Of a stretch of DNA of 64,000 bases, positions 33,952-46,080 are shown piece by piece. The stretch lies in NCBI GenBank assembly GCA_964252035.1, contig OZ176211.1. One strand, written 5' to 3'. This DNA comes from Podarcis erhardii (taxonomy: Eukaryota). The notes under the pieces are model-generated. The model was not told the origin of the DNA. It did no database searches and was given only the letters and a program-made list of their open reading frames with translations. The stretch's first letter is position 1, and the number at the start of each line of letters is the position of its first letter. The translations under genes and the position numbers were made by a program.

Positions 33952-36900
33952 GCTGAGTTGAAGTAGCAGCATATAAGTTTGGACACACAACATCCCTGTT
34001 CAGGAGATCATATCTTGGCTTAATATGCAGAAGACTGCATGATCACCATCGTTTCCTTCCTTCCTTCTCAGCATTCTGTGATATGCTGCTAAGTCTTTAA
34101 TTAACCACAGTTTAACTTCCTCTTTCATCCCAACTGGGAAACTATGGCTTCCAGAGTTATCGTTGGTTTAAGATCCTTGCTTTTTCTGAACCTGGTGACA
34201 TTAGTTTCCTTGTTTGCACGAAGCGAGAAATTATGGTTAATTGAAGATGTCTGAGTTTATCACAGAATAATGAGAAGGAAGAAAGAAATGGCCTGTGTAC
34301 ACAGGCACAAAGCTTTTTCCTAGCTCAGTTTATTAAGCTAGAAAAGGATCATCTTATGAGGTCAGTGGCTCCAGCACTAGTGCAAAGGGATGTTTCTCTT
34401 TCCTCTGGCATGGGACCCAAATCTTCTCTCCCCCCCCCCTTGCATTCCAACAGCTGAAGCAGCAGAAGAAAAAGACAGTTTTGGCAGTTTTATTTATAAG
34501 TATATGTTTATATGGGTGCCTGTTCACTGATGAGCCACAGCTATCTCCTAAGAAAGCTTCTGGGCTCACTAGCGTAAGAAAGGGAAAGACATTTAATCTT
34601 TTGCTGTCTGGAGCTGTTTTCTTGCTCCCCACTCTCATCTCTTTGTATTTTCTGAAAAGGCCTTGTTGCAGCAACCCTTGAGTACAAGTCAAACTCTGAT
34701 GAAAGCAACTTTCAGTGGCTGTAACAGCATCCTCCTTCTCCGCCTCCCCCAACCGCCTCTTGATTGCTGTAGACATCTGCCTTTGTAAACACCGTGTCAG
34801 AGTCCAGCAGAGATGTTTTATACTCATTGTTCCTCCAAAATAAATAAAAGAGGCACAGACGATATGAACTGGATGAAGACATCCCATTGCTAATAACTGA
34901 GCCATGTTTGTAATTGCTAATAACTAAGCTATGTAGCAGTCTGGGAACACTGCGAAAATGTCGATCTGGGCTGAGTAAAATGACACAGATGGCAACCTTA
35001 TTGCATATTTCTCTGAAGCCGAAGCTGAAATTTCACTTGGGAGGTGGGGGGAAAGAACACCATGATTTACAGACACATTCATATTGGTTTCCAGACTTCA
35101 GTAAGGCAACACAATTATTTTTAAACCTTACGTGATATTCATGCTACCCAAAGAATGAAGTGCACTTGGTAGATGTTACTTTTCACTTAATAAAATGAAT
35201 AATTTGTTGTTGTTGTTGTTGTTGTTGTTTTGCTGCCATAGCAAGGGCAGTTGTCTGATATTGTGATCAAAGGCAGGAAAGAAACACTTGATGAGCAAAT
35301 CATACTATGGTGCTGTCATTTTCAGAGGGCCTAACTGCAAGTGCTGAAACTCCTGTTTCTGCATGCTAAGAATTACTGCTCAGCAAGGAACATGGAATGT
35401 GTCCCAAATGAATGGCATCTGTCTTTGGTGTGAATGTGGGCAGTTCTTAGATGGTTTGGAAATGGTTTTAAATTGTTTTTTAAAAGAATTTTTTAGATGT
35501 TTTAAATATGTTTTTAGTTGTACTGTTTTAACATCTTGCTTTTTATCATTCTGGGCTCCTTTGCATGGAAGGGCAGAACAGAGATTCATAAATAAAACAA
35601 AGTCATGCAGATTGCACACCTCTGTTTGCAATTAATATGCTTCCAAGACTGTTATTTGTATCCTGATGCTGACACTGCCTTTTGTTAGGCTTGGAAAAAA
35701 ATCAACGGCACCCTCTATTACTCAAGCTGCAACTTGAAGTCGCCTTTAAAAAATTGAAATGGTGTTTTATTTTAAAAATAGTGGATACCAGAGCTTCCTT
35801 CTTATCAAAGAAAAACAACGCTGTGTCTTAAGAAGACCTTTCCTGTTTATCAGATATAAAGTTGCCTTGAAAATGTCTAGTCTGCTGTAGACTTGGCCTT
35901 TCGAAAGTAAAATGATAAAGGGTAACTTGTATTGGTGTTAACTTGAAGTTGGGAAGGGAACTTGTCAGGGATGAGGTCTGGGGACTAACAGATGTTGCTG
36001 AACCCATCAGCCCCATCCAGTATAGCCAGTGATCAGGGATGATAAGAGTCCAGAAACATCTGTAAGGCCACAGGTTCCCCATCCCGGCTATATAACATGA
36101 GAACATAGTGGGTAGGGAAATCCAGAAAATAATAGTGCCGTGGCCCCTTCAAAAGGAAGAGAGAAAAAACTCACTTTTTTATCAGGTTTATGGGGGGAAG
36201 ATCATTAATTTAAAGCTTCTGTTTTCCTGCCTCTGTACAACAATAGCACTATTAAACCCCACATGTGCTGCACTAAATTCTGTTTCTTATATCAAGTTAT
36301 TGATAACTCATGTCAGTTTTAAGACACTAAAACCTAAAAGATTTCATTTTCTGCAGTTTTAGGTTATGAATACAAAGAGTGCTAGATAAGCCAGCGCCCG
36401 CTTGTTCTAATGCTCCACTGCTGTTTTACACATTAGACATTTTAAGCTGTTAATTTTCAGGATTTTATTTTTTTAATCAGCCATAAATAATAAATAAATC
36501 ACGTTTTGGATGCAATCTATTCTAGGAGCAAATTGCTTAAGACACTTTGCTTAAGAAATTAGAAAAACAGCATCGCCTTTCGAAAGATGTGGGAGTAAAA
36601 TGGATTCTTAAGTGCCTTCTTACACTATTTATAAAAGCAAGATCAACCATGGATCTAAAAGTAAATCTAACCCATGTGTTGCTATCTGAAAACGAATAAA
36701 AATATATTTAACTGTTACCAAGGCTATGCCAATTGCAATGAAAATAATGGAAGCATAGACTATGTTCTCAATAGCACACTCCACTGGCTCACTTAAGTTG
36801 CACCAGCTGAAAATTTGAACCACACTTGAATACAGCATTTGCAGTGACTAATGTCCTGGCCTTGACTTCTTCATGTGTGGCAATTTGTATTTAACATGAT

Positions 36901-37584
36901 TTCTACTGAACCCAGACTAGTAGGTTAATTGTGATCATGTTTCCTAACTGAAGGTAGCAACATGCTTTACAATTATACGCACTTGCTAAATAGAAAACGG
37001 AGAGATTAAATGGCCTTTCCCAGATGGTTCAATGTTAAAGAAAGAAAGAAATCACCAGCCAGTTCTGAGAGGTATTGTTGCATCAATTACGTTTTTATGA
37101 TGCTAGCTTAAATGCCACAATGTAAGAACTGAAGAATTACCTTGTTGGATCAGATCATAGGCCACTTCTATTTCTAACAGCAGTCAGGCAGATGCCTCTG
37201 AAAAGTTTAAAGAGATATGGGGATGGTCCTCCTGTTGTTTGACCCAGGCGTTTAGTACACAGAGGTACATTGTCTCTGAACATAGAAGTTTCCATTTAGC
37301 TGTCATAGTGAATAGCTGCTGATAGACACATTCTCCACGGGTTTGTCTAGTGTCATGTTGTCATTTACTATCCAGGATAATCAACTGTGGACACCATCAA
37401 AGCCACCATTGTGAGATATAGCATATGGCAACCAGAGTCTGGCAGGTAAGGTGTGTCCATTCTGTGGTCCTGCCCATCAGCTGCAATTCCATTTTAAGAA
37501 TGGCTGCAAAACATAAGTTGCTTACAGATATCTTTTGTGGGTGGTTTTGCAAGGGTTAAAATGTAGAGCTCATCCAAGTTAGAA

Positions 37585-37950
37585 CCACCAGGAGTAGTAT
37601 GAGGAATCGTTAAAAGAGCTGGGTATTAAAGAGAGACATGGTAGCTTTCTTCAACGATCTGAAAGTTGTGTCACACAGAAAATGGAGCATATGTATTCTT
37701 TGTTCTCCAGAGTGCAGGATTAGAACCACCAGTGGATGAAAACTGCAAGGGAGCAGATTTTGACTAAACACCAAGAGAAACTTCCTGGTGGTAAGAGCTG
37801 TTTGCTGGTAGAACATCCTGTCTTGGGACATGATAGTCTCTCCTTTGCTGAAGTTATTTAAGCAAAGGCCAAATGGCCATCTGTCAAGGATGTGGTAGTT
37901 GTGTTCTGCAATTGAGCAGAATATTGGACCAGATGATCCTCAATGTCTCT
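37585..37950 (+). mobile_element. CR1 LINE 3' fragment
   Basis: TATGAGGAATCGTTAAAAGAGCTGGG (YEERLKELG-like), AAACTGCAAGGGAGCAGATTTTGACTAAAC...AACTTCCTG, and terminal TTGGACCAGATGATCCT typical of CR1. Confidence 0.75.
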
Positions 37951-39002
37951 TCAGCTCTGAAACACTATTTTTCCTTTTGAGCTTCAAACAGAACCTAGGG
38001 AACATTCTCTTTGGTTATATATATATAGTTGTGCCATGATATATATATCTCACTATTATTCATGGCAGAACTAGCCATTACTAGAAGAGTATAGAAAGCT
38101 TTCGTGCCCAAAAGAGTTTATTCCAAATAGCCCACTTTTGATATGTTTTACGTTAATGCAGAGTTTGAGAAAATGCACTGTGTCGGTGTGTCTCTGTGTA
38201 TTTCCTAAGGATCTTTCTCATAGATTATAAATAGTGTATACAGAAATAATTTTTGCCCCCTTCTCAAATAGCATAAGCAAACAACAACAACAAAAACCCT
38301 CCACTTAATCTGCAGATCACTTAACACATCCTGGCTCTCATTTCATTCGTCCTTCTGTCCACAAAAGTCTGGGAACTGATTCACAATGTGTATGTGAAAA
38401 ATGATAGTTTCCCATGACTATGTTAGGTTCACATCCTTATTATGTGAATGGACTGCTTTAGCTGGTTTTCTTTTTCTTCTGTGGTTTGTTCTGTGCTTTA
38501 GCAGATGGCAAACACTTAACACAATGGGCCAGATTAACTCCCTAGTGGAAGTCAGAATAAAATTGCACTCGTGATGGAATTGGCACCGTTTTCTGTTGTT
38601 GCTTACAACCATGCAGCCACAAGGGCAATGAGGTTGTACAAATGTAAAAGGAGATGGAGTGGAATGAAAGTGCTTATGTGAACATACTTCTGTTTCCTCT
38701 GCAAATTGCTAAAGTATGGATACCTGGCGTATAAAAACAGTAATGTTTGTTTGTTTGTTGGTTTGTTTGTTTGTTTCCATAACTGTGATCACTGTGTCAT
38801 ACGTCTGACACAGGACTGGAACTTCATTAGCTGTGAATAAAATAAAATAAAATCCAGCCCAATGAAGCTAGGGGTCTCTGTTAGCACAGGATATTATTGT
38901 TTATTAATTAAATTTCTATACTGAGAGGTGTGTTCAAAGTGAGAGAGCCAAAGGTTGCCATAGTGCCAAATATTAAAAACTTATATCTCTATTTACAGAT
39001 AT

Positions 39003-39221
39003 AAAAAATGGTAAAGGACCCCTGACAGTTAAGTCCAGTCGCAAATGACTCTGAGGTTGCGACACTCATCTCACTTTACTGGCCGAGGGAGCCGGCGTTT
39101 GTCCGCAGACAGTTTTTCTGGGTCATGTGGCCAGCATGACTAAACCACTTCTGGGAAAACCAGAGCAGCACATGGAAACGCCATTTACCTTCCTGCCAGA
39201 GCAGTACCTATTTATCTACTT

Positions 39222-39222
<1 letters not shown>
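39003..39222 (-). mobile_element. 5'-truncated Sauria SINE
   Basis: GGTAAAGGACCCCTGACAGTTAAGTCCAGTC through GTACCTATTTATCTACT; abuts a (TA)n tract. Confidence 0.9.
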
Positions 39223-39267
<45 letters not shown>

Positions 39268-39270
<3 letters not shown>

Positions 39271-39784
39271 GGTTTTGGTGTCCTCGGGTGTCTTCCCGTG
39301 TAAAAGTTGGGGTGTCTAGGCGACGTTTCGACGAGGTCTCACTCGTCATCTTCAGGCTGGTGCTTTCGGCTTCTTGTTACTGGAACAGAGCAGGATCTCA
39401 GTGTTTGAGTTCCTATAAATACTGTAGAGGGGGTGTGGTGTATAGCCTCCAATGTTCTGGGCAGAGAGGAAGTTCCCAGGCTAGTGTGCCTTTTCTTCTT
39501 TTGTTCCTTAATTACTTGAGAGATATCTTGAGTGATTTCTTGAGTGATATCCTGAGTACCACTTAGGTGGGTCATTAGGTGTGGATTAGTTGTTAAAGTC
39601 TTTGTGTCTTGACCTCTTGAACTTTGTGAAGAGTTTTCCTGAGAAGATGGCTGTACTGTACTTAGTTGTGCTCTGGCTTGGCTTCGTGTATAGGGGCGAG
39701 CTGTGGTTTTGTGGCTTGTGTCAGCCAGATCTGTGTAGGGATTGCAGGGGGGTGCAGCATCCGGAGGTGCCACCATGGATTGGC
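39268..39784 (-). mobile_element. Penelope-like element (PLE) terminal-repeat (pLTR) fragment
   Basis: 517 bp flanked by (TA)n at 39226-39267 and (TA)n(CA)n at 39785-39836. Minus-strand low-complexity ORF tail ...RPYTRSQAR...KHQPEDDE* overlaps a hammerhead motif, the usual PLE layout. Confidence 0.8.
39316..39360 (-). ncRNA. Minimal type I hammerhead ribozyme motif
   Basis: Minus strand: CCAGC CUGAAGA U GACGAG-UGAGAC-CUCGUC GAAA C GUC GCC. Core CUGANGA and GAAA intact, 6-bp stem II, palindromic ACGU stem III, GUC triplet with predicted cut between 39322 and 39321. Stem I is short. Confidence 0.8.
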
Positions 39785-39839
<55 letters not shown>

Positions 39840-40674
39840 GATGCAAGTGTAGCTGTTTTATTTGTTGGGTGAGATTAAATCAGAACAGGATAATACAAGT
39901 AGAAACTACAGAGCAGGATGAGGGGAGAGGATCATGTCCACATAAGATCATTTAAGCCAAGCTGGAAACAATCATAGAAATATTGAAGGGTAGGTGAACA
40001 TGTGAGATGCAACAGAAGGCCTTAAGAGACCAAGCTTCAAAAAGTCATACAGCAGTTGAAGCAGCTATCAGATGTTGGATCTTAGCAGAAGGCACAGGGC
40101 CAAATTAGATGTGACATGGGAGATCTGTGATTAGGATCTCTTGCTTTAAAAAAAAAAAAACACCAAAAACCCCTAGCAACAACTTAAAAGCAGCTACAGG
40201 ATTATAGCAATCATTCTCCAAAGCTGCTGTTAGTCTTGAGAGTAGGGAGAAATCTGTGTATCCCAGCCCTTACAAACATCATGACTAGTTCTGCAAGATC
40301 TGTAGGAACTCTCAGCAAGTCTTGTGGGATGTCCTCTGATCTTCGTGGGAGCAGATTTACCTGTGATTGATTAAAGTTTCAATATGTGGAAGCTTTGCTT
40401 GATCCATCCCAATCTTTTGATAAGCCAGGTGTTGAAGTAGCTAGGAATATTTTCCTCTCAGCTTTTCTTGTCTTGCACACTCTGCATCTTCTTGGATAGA
40501 TATCTTCAAGTGCTGAAGTGTACTGCTTGTTTGTTCCAACACATTCAATGTGGGGTAGTCCTTGAAGACAAGGTGGAAGCTTCATGTTGTACTTGTCTCC
40601 TAATGGTTGTCTCCTAATGGTTGTAGGAAAACATGGTCACTGTTCCAAAACACAGGCTGCCAGTATGCCTCTAG

Positions 40675-40979
40675 CTGAATTCAACACGGTGGTGCTTGCC
40701 TTTAAAGCCCTTAAATATATATCAGACACTACCTCGCCTTCTCCTGCCCACCCATGCTAGCTCTGATCATTTGATCACACCCTGCTTCATTTGCTAACCC
40801 CTGAGAGAGTGAAAACTGCCAAAACCAGAAGCAGCTCCTTTACATTTTTGGCTACAAGGCTGTGGAACTATTTTCTCCCTAGAGGTTTGCAGTTCTGCTT
40901 CCTTGTTGTCCTTTCGGAAGAGATGCAATGTTCATATCTTCTGCTGGGATTTTTGACCAGGCAGGTTATTCTGCCTGAT

Positions 40980-41012
<33 letters not shown>

Positions 41013-41140
41013 GTATGTTTGCTTTGCTTTGTGTTATGCGGCTTTTTTATGTGTTTTTGTATCATTTGGGGTTTAATGGGGAAGTATTTGACTCGGACTG
41101 TGCACTGTAATATCACTGAATAGCCTTGGACTGTGTGTTT
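40675..41140 (+). mobile_element. L2 LINE 3' fragment
   Basis: FNTVVLAFKAL and SSSFTFLATRLWN motifs, then a T-rich 3' UTR with (TTG)n. Confidence 0.6.
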
Positions 41141-42719
41141 TACAAGTTTGTGAGAGTGATTAACATGAATTTAAAACTTGTGCCACAGGCAGATATGTCC
41201 ATATAATCAATGCATCCACCATCCTTACAATATGATTTTCATAGTCCCTCTCTCCCAAACATGTTGTCTTTATGTTATGAAGGAGTTTTAGAATCACACA
41301 TTTCCTCCTCAAACTGGGGGTTGGTAGAAGGTGATTTATTTTCTTTAAGTGCCACCATGTAGCTAGAAGTGAACCAGTTGCAAGACAAACACACACAATG
41401 AATTGTTTGGTTTTTGTTAAATACATTTTCATCCACCCTGCATTATTTAAGTCTCAGGTCCTTGTGAACGTGGACTGAATTGACAAGAATGTTGAAAAGT
41501 TAATGTCTTGATAATAGTGGGAAATTTGAAGTTGGCTGCTTTATGGATCGGTTTGTGCTTGGAAAGCTTTTAGAAGTTGTAGATATAGGTTGCTTGCTTC
41601 AGACACCCAGGGAGTACGCTCTTTGTGAAGGCACACATCATTTCTCTCCCACTAAAAGTGCTACTGGCAGAATAAGTGTGGTATTTAATCTATAACCTTC
41701 TGTGTATTGCCCCCCATAGTGTCGCACAACACAGGGAACCAGAAGAAAAAAGCGATCAAAAAAAGACAGTTAAATGTCAAGCAATGGGGCTCTGTTTTAA
41801 ACTATTTAGCTGAGATGCTCTCTTGTTTTTAACAATAGCATGGCATGCCACAGAAGCAGCCTCCCTTTCTGCTCCTTTTCTTGTTCTTCTTATTGGGCCG
41901 TGACAATTTATTCCAAAAGCGGATTTCTGCTTTGCTACATTGGCACTTCACAGTTCATGTGAGCAACTATTGAAACTGTGGGCATACATTTGTAAATATT
42001 AATGAAATATTCAAGGATATTTGAAGCTTGCACAAGCTGCAGGATTTGTGATAGGCTCTTTAGCACTGACAGAAATATGAGTAATTTGACAAGAACTGGA
42101 AATGTGCCTTAGGTGATGCTGATAAGAGCCGATGAAAAATAACGAGGCTTATCTGTAATTCTTTTAAGCAATTCAACTTTAAGAAACCCATTTTTATAAA
42201 ATTCACATACATATGCTAAAGCACTAAATGGATATGCAACAACAGATGTGCTATAGCTTCCTTGAAGTTATACATTTGTTAGCAATGTAATCCTAATTGC
42301 ATTCCTAAAAACATTTTGCTAGTAATTATCCTTGTGTTTGTCAGTGATAGAGATCAGTAGGATACGCTCCACAGAACTCTTTTGTTGGAGATTAGTACAG
42401 CTGATCCTTGTGGTGCATGGGTGCTATTTTGTCATCTCTTTCTGCTTCTCCGCATGTCTGATGGGGAGCAACTGCAAGATTGTCAGGGCTGGTCATCTGA
42501 AGCAAAAACAGGCAAAGAAGTATTGAGAGCCTGAATGCAACCAGCCTTCACTCAAACAATACCGTGCTCAAACTGAGGAGCCAGGCCAGAGTCTGGGACT
42601 TTATAGGATCTAGTGGAATCCTATTAGCCTCGTGACACTGCTGAACTAGAAGTTACAGGATGGTCCTCTGACCACTGCATTAGTGGCACCTAAGCACCCA
42701 GAAGTTCTTCATAACATAG

Positions 42720-43299
42720 GGTCAGGAGTGGCTCAGGAATAAAAAAGAGGAGTGTCCATGAAGTTAACTTTTTGTTCAAAGAAACCAAAACAGCACAGGC
42801 CTAGTGATCACAGCAACTCTTCCTAGTAGGACTTGCCCCAATAGGCTGTTGCAAGGACTGAAGGCCCCCGCCTTCCCTCCTCTCTCTAAGACTCCTCCAG
42901 TGGTTCCTTCCCCAGCAGCCTAAGGCTCCATCACCTTGTATTTCATTGTGCTGCCCTCTTCATTTTTCTAAGTGTCTAAGAGACCAGTGGGGAGGAGAGC
43001 TGGTCACAACAGGAAGAGGAGGCTCCCTGGATTCTTCAACGGCCTGCCTCATCGCTGCATCTTGGACCCTTCCTCTTCTGCCTCTGATTCTGGATTGTCC
43101 TCTGCCCCAGCTTCTTCTTGCTCACTAAACCCTGTTGCTTCTTCAACGTCTGACACCTCGTCCTCCCAGCTGCTCCATCTTCTGCCTCTGACCGTGCATC
43201 ATTGTCCCAGCACCAGTTCCCTGGCTCTGAGCCTTCTTCCCTGGGGGTTCCCCAGCTAGTGCCTCCCACCACTCCTCTGCACCCAGCCAGTCCATGACA
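42720..43299 (-). mobile_element. Solo LTR (580 bp), probably Gypsy/Ty3-type
   Basis: Reverse complement starts TGTCATGGACTGG and ends ...CCTGACC (terminal CA mutated). Exact 5-bp TSD CATAG at 42715-42719 and 43300-43304. Confidence 0.8.
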
Positions 43300-44478
43300 C
43301 ATAGGCTGCACCAGCAGCAGAAAGAGGGAGCAAGTGCCCCCCCCCATAGAGTTACTCCATTTGCTCCCCATTGCTGGGCTCTGTCATTAACATACTGTTA
43401 TTCTTTTGGAGTTGTGGGCCTAACTTGCCCACCTAGTAGTATACTTTGCTCCTTCTGTACTCAACCGGAATTTTATTTCCGGACCCTCCACAGCTTGATA
43501 AGCTGCCATGATGGCACATTGCATAAGTTGCCCAAGTCTGGCTACCTGGGACCTCTAGTGCTTTACAAGGCTGTCTGCAGAATATGTATTCTGTATGGCT
43601 GGATCCCTGTTTTATCCACAGGGATGTTCAAAGGAAGTAGATGGTGGGTGGCTTCATCGCTTGGGAGATGGAGGGGTAGCTGCACTATTAAATTACTTAG
43701 ATTAACTTCTTCTGAAATAATTTAGGGGCAGGCAAATTGAAACTGATGTCACTCGCTGGCTTGAGACACCCTGACCTTCACATATATGTGATTCCAGCTA
43801 AAAAGTATTTCCCTGCTCAGAAAGAAGTGAAAATGATCCCATAGCAGCCATCCCATCTCATGAATATGTCTCATTGAAGAGACATTGCATTGAAGTCAAT
43901 GGGACTTAAGAGTGTTCAGTATTGCAGCCTTTATTCTCTAGGCTCATTATAATTAAAACTCCCATCTTTGAGCACCAGCGGATGCACAATAGTCTCTTTC
44001 CAATATCTTGGGAATTACATTGCCAACTCTTATTAACGCTAATGGGAGTTATGTGCGTAAGTCCCTGTTCATCTCGACAAGTCTGTGCCCCCAAGCATTT
44101 ATGTGTTATGAAGAGATGTTCTTGTAATGATGCTTATTATAGGGAGGTTTGATGTAATTGGTAGGACAGCACAATAGTTTATGTCACAGGCAACAGTGAC
44201 AGACCAGAAACTGGGTGTACTGTTTAAGATCTCTTTGTTCTCTTTTCAGTGACAAAAGTTGGAGAGTTTAAGGGGCAAAGCCTCTGAGATTTATTAGAAT
44301 GATGCTTGCCGTGGTATTACAGGTATTACAGAATATTTAATAGCATCCTTTCTTCAGATTCAGTGAAAGGAAAGATAACCGACACTAAGATGCTCCATTG
44401 TACAAAAACATGCTATTAAGCGCAAGATAAACCTTATACCAAACCATCAGTACAATACCAGTACTATTTGAAAGTTGT

Positions 44479-45187
44479 GGTTTTTTTAATGTATTTTTTA
44501 TTAAAGATTTCTGGGCTTACAAAAGTATGTGCAATGTCTCTTTTTTTCAAGTTACATTTGTTGAGACATTGGTGTTACATTAGGAAGAAAGGAGGGGAAG
44601 ATGTGGAGGGGGCCATGATGGGTGGGGGTGGGGGTGGGGTTGAGTGGCAATGTTTCTATTTTACTTAATGTATGTGTGGGGTTTTGTGTCAGCGTCGTTT
44701 GTGCAGGTTCTCTTTGTTATTCGCTTGTGTTGCTTTGGAGGTGAGAGAAGTTGGGATTGGCCTAGGGTGCAGTAGCTTGTTTGTGGTTGGCTGTGGTGGA
44801 CTTCGTTTTCATGTGTGAGTTGGGTGGGTGTTTTTGAATCAGGTTAGCCATATTGATTCGTATGCTGTTGGTGGATTCTTGTCGTTGTCTTGTTGGGCTG
44901 TGTATGTGATAAAGGGGAGCCATACCAGGTCGAAGGCATCTTCTTCTATTTGTCCCCATGTCAGTTTCAGTTTATTGGTTAATTTTTCTAGTAAGGCTGT
45001 TTCCCATACCATTTGGTACCATTGGTCCATGCTTGGTACCATTGGTCCATGTCAGGTTATGGTGTTTCTGGCTGCAGAGAGTAGGTGGGTTATGAGTTCT
45101 TTATGATGTGAGTGGGCATTATTGTCTTGGACCAGTTGTGGGGTGATTTTACATACCGTATTTCTCTTATGGCTGTTGTCCAGAATA
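44479..45187 (-). mobile_element. 5'-truncated L1-clade LINE
   Basis: Minus strand encodes ORF2 C-terminus KELITHLLSAARNTI...SMDQWYQMVWETALLEKLTNKL...FDLVWLPFITY*, then a 3' UTR, AATAAA and an A-rich tail. 9-bp TSD GAAAGTTGT at 44470-44478 and 45188-45196. Confidence 0.85.
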
Positions 45188-45538
45188 GAAAGTTGTTTTT
45201 TAAAAAACAAACAAACCAAAAACATAAGTACATTTTAATGGTGTATTTGGTCTCCTACAACATGACTTTACATTCTAGAAATCTGGAGGCAGGACAGATC
45301 AACATGCTGGTGGTCCTGCCTTTTTTATCTCAGTTTAATAAGTTTATCATTTCCTCTTCTCAGTTTGTTAATCAGTTATAAATGTTTCTGGTACATTGCA
45401 TTTGGTATGAATAAATTTCATTTGCTCCTATGGTACAGTGCCATGGAATCTATTTGCATGAAGGGTGGTGGCCTGTACATGGGACTTTAAATAAAATAAA
45501 TAAATCTTACAGGGTGAAATCCAGTGGTTTCAATCCAG

Positions 45539-45736
45539 CAGTGGTACCTCGGCTTACAGATGCTTCAAGTTACAGACGCTTCGGGTTACAGACTCTGCTA
45601 ACCCAGAAATAGTACCTTGGGTTAAGAACTTTGCTTCAGGATGAGAACAGCTAAAGTGGTACCTCAGGTTTAGAACAGTTTCAGGTTAAGAATGGACCTC
45701 CAGAACGAATTAAGTTCTTAACTCAAGGTACCACTG
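45539..45736. mobile_element. Tigger-like MITE with internal deletion
   Basis: TIRs CAGTGGTACCTCG...CAAGGTACCACTG followed by TA; same family as 5011-5236. Confidence 0.85.
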
Positions 45737-45871
45737 TACACAACTGAATAAACAGATTCCGCAACCCCCTGCGTGCTCCCCAAATTTGCTCTAAATAGTT
45801 GAGGGGCCTTCCAGGTCAGATTGGGGGGAGGCTTTGCAGGGGAAAGGAGATGAATACAAATCAATGGTGCA

Positions 45872-46080
45872 GCCACATTTGGAATGTTGTGCACAGCTCT
45901 GGTTGCCTCCCCTCATAATGGATATTATAAAGTTGGAAAACATTCAAAGAACGGCGGCCAAAGTGATCAAGGGAACGAAGAGTTTACCTATGAGGAAATG
46001 TTGCAGCATTTAGAGAAAGGTGGCATGACAGAAGTCTATAAAATTCTGCATGGTGTGCCAAAAGTGGAGAGAGAAAATAT
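45872..46080 (+). mobile_element. CR1 ORF2 fragment
   Basis: PHLECCAQLW..DIIKLENIQRTAAKVIKG and GMTEVYKILHG match CR1 PHLEYCVQFW..LE.VQRRATKMIKG / GDMIEVYKI.HG. Confidence 0.75.

Noticed and set aside
39339-39341. In-frame UGA in the PLE ORF as a possible selenocysteine codon
   Set aside because: No SECIS recognised, the context is low-complexity, and the position fits an ordinary stop codon.
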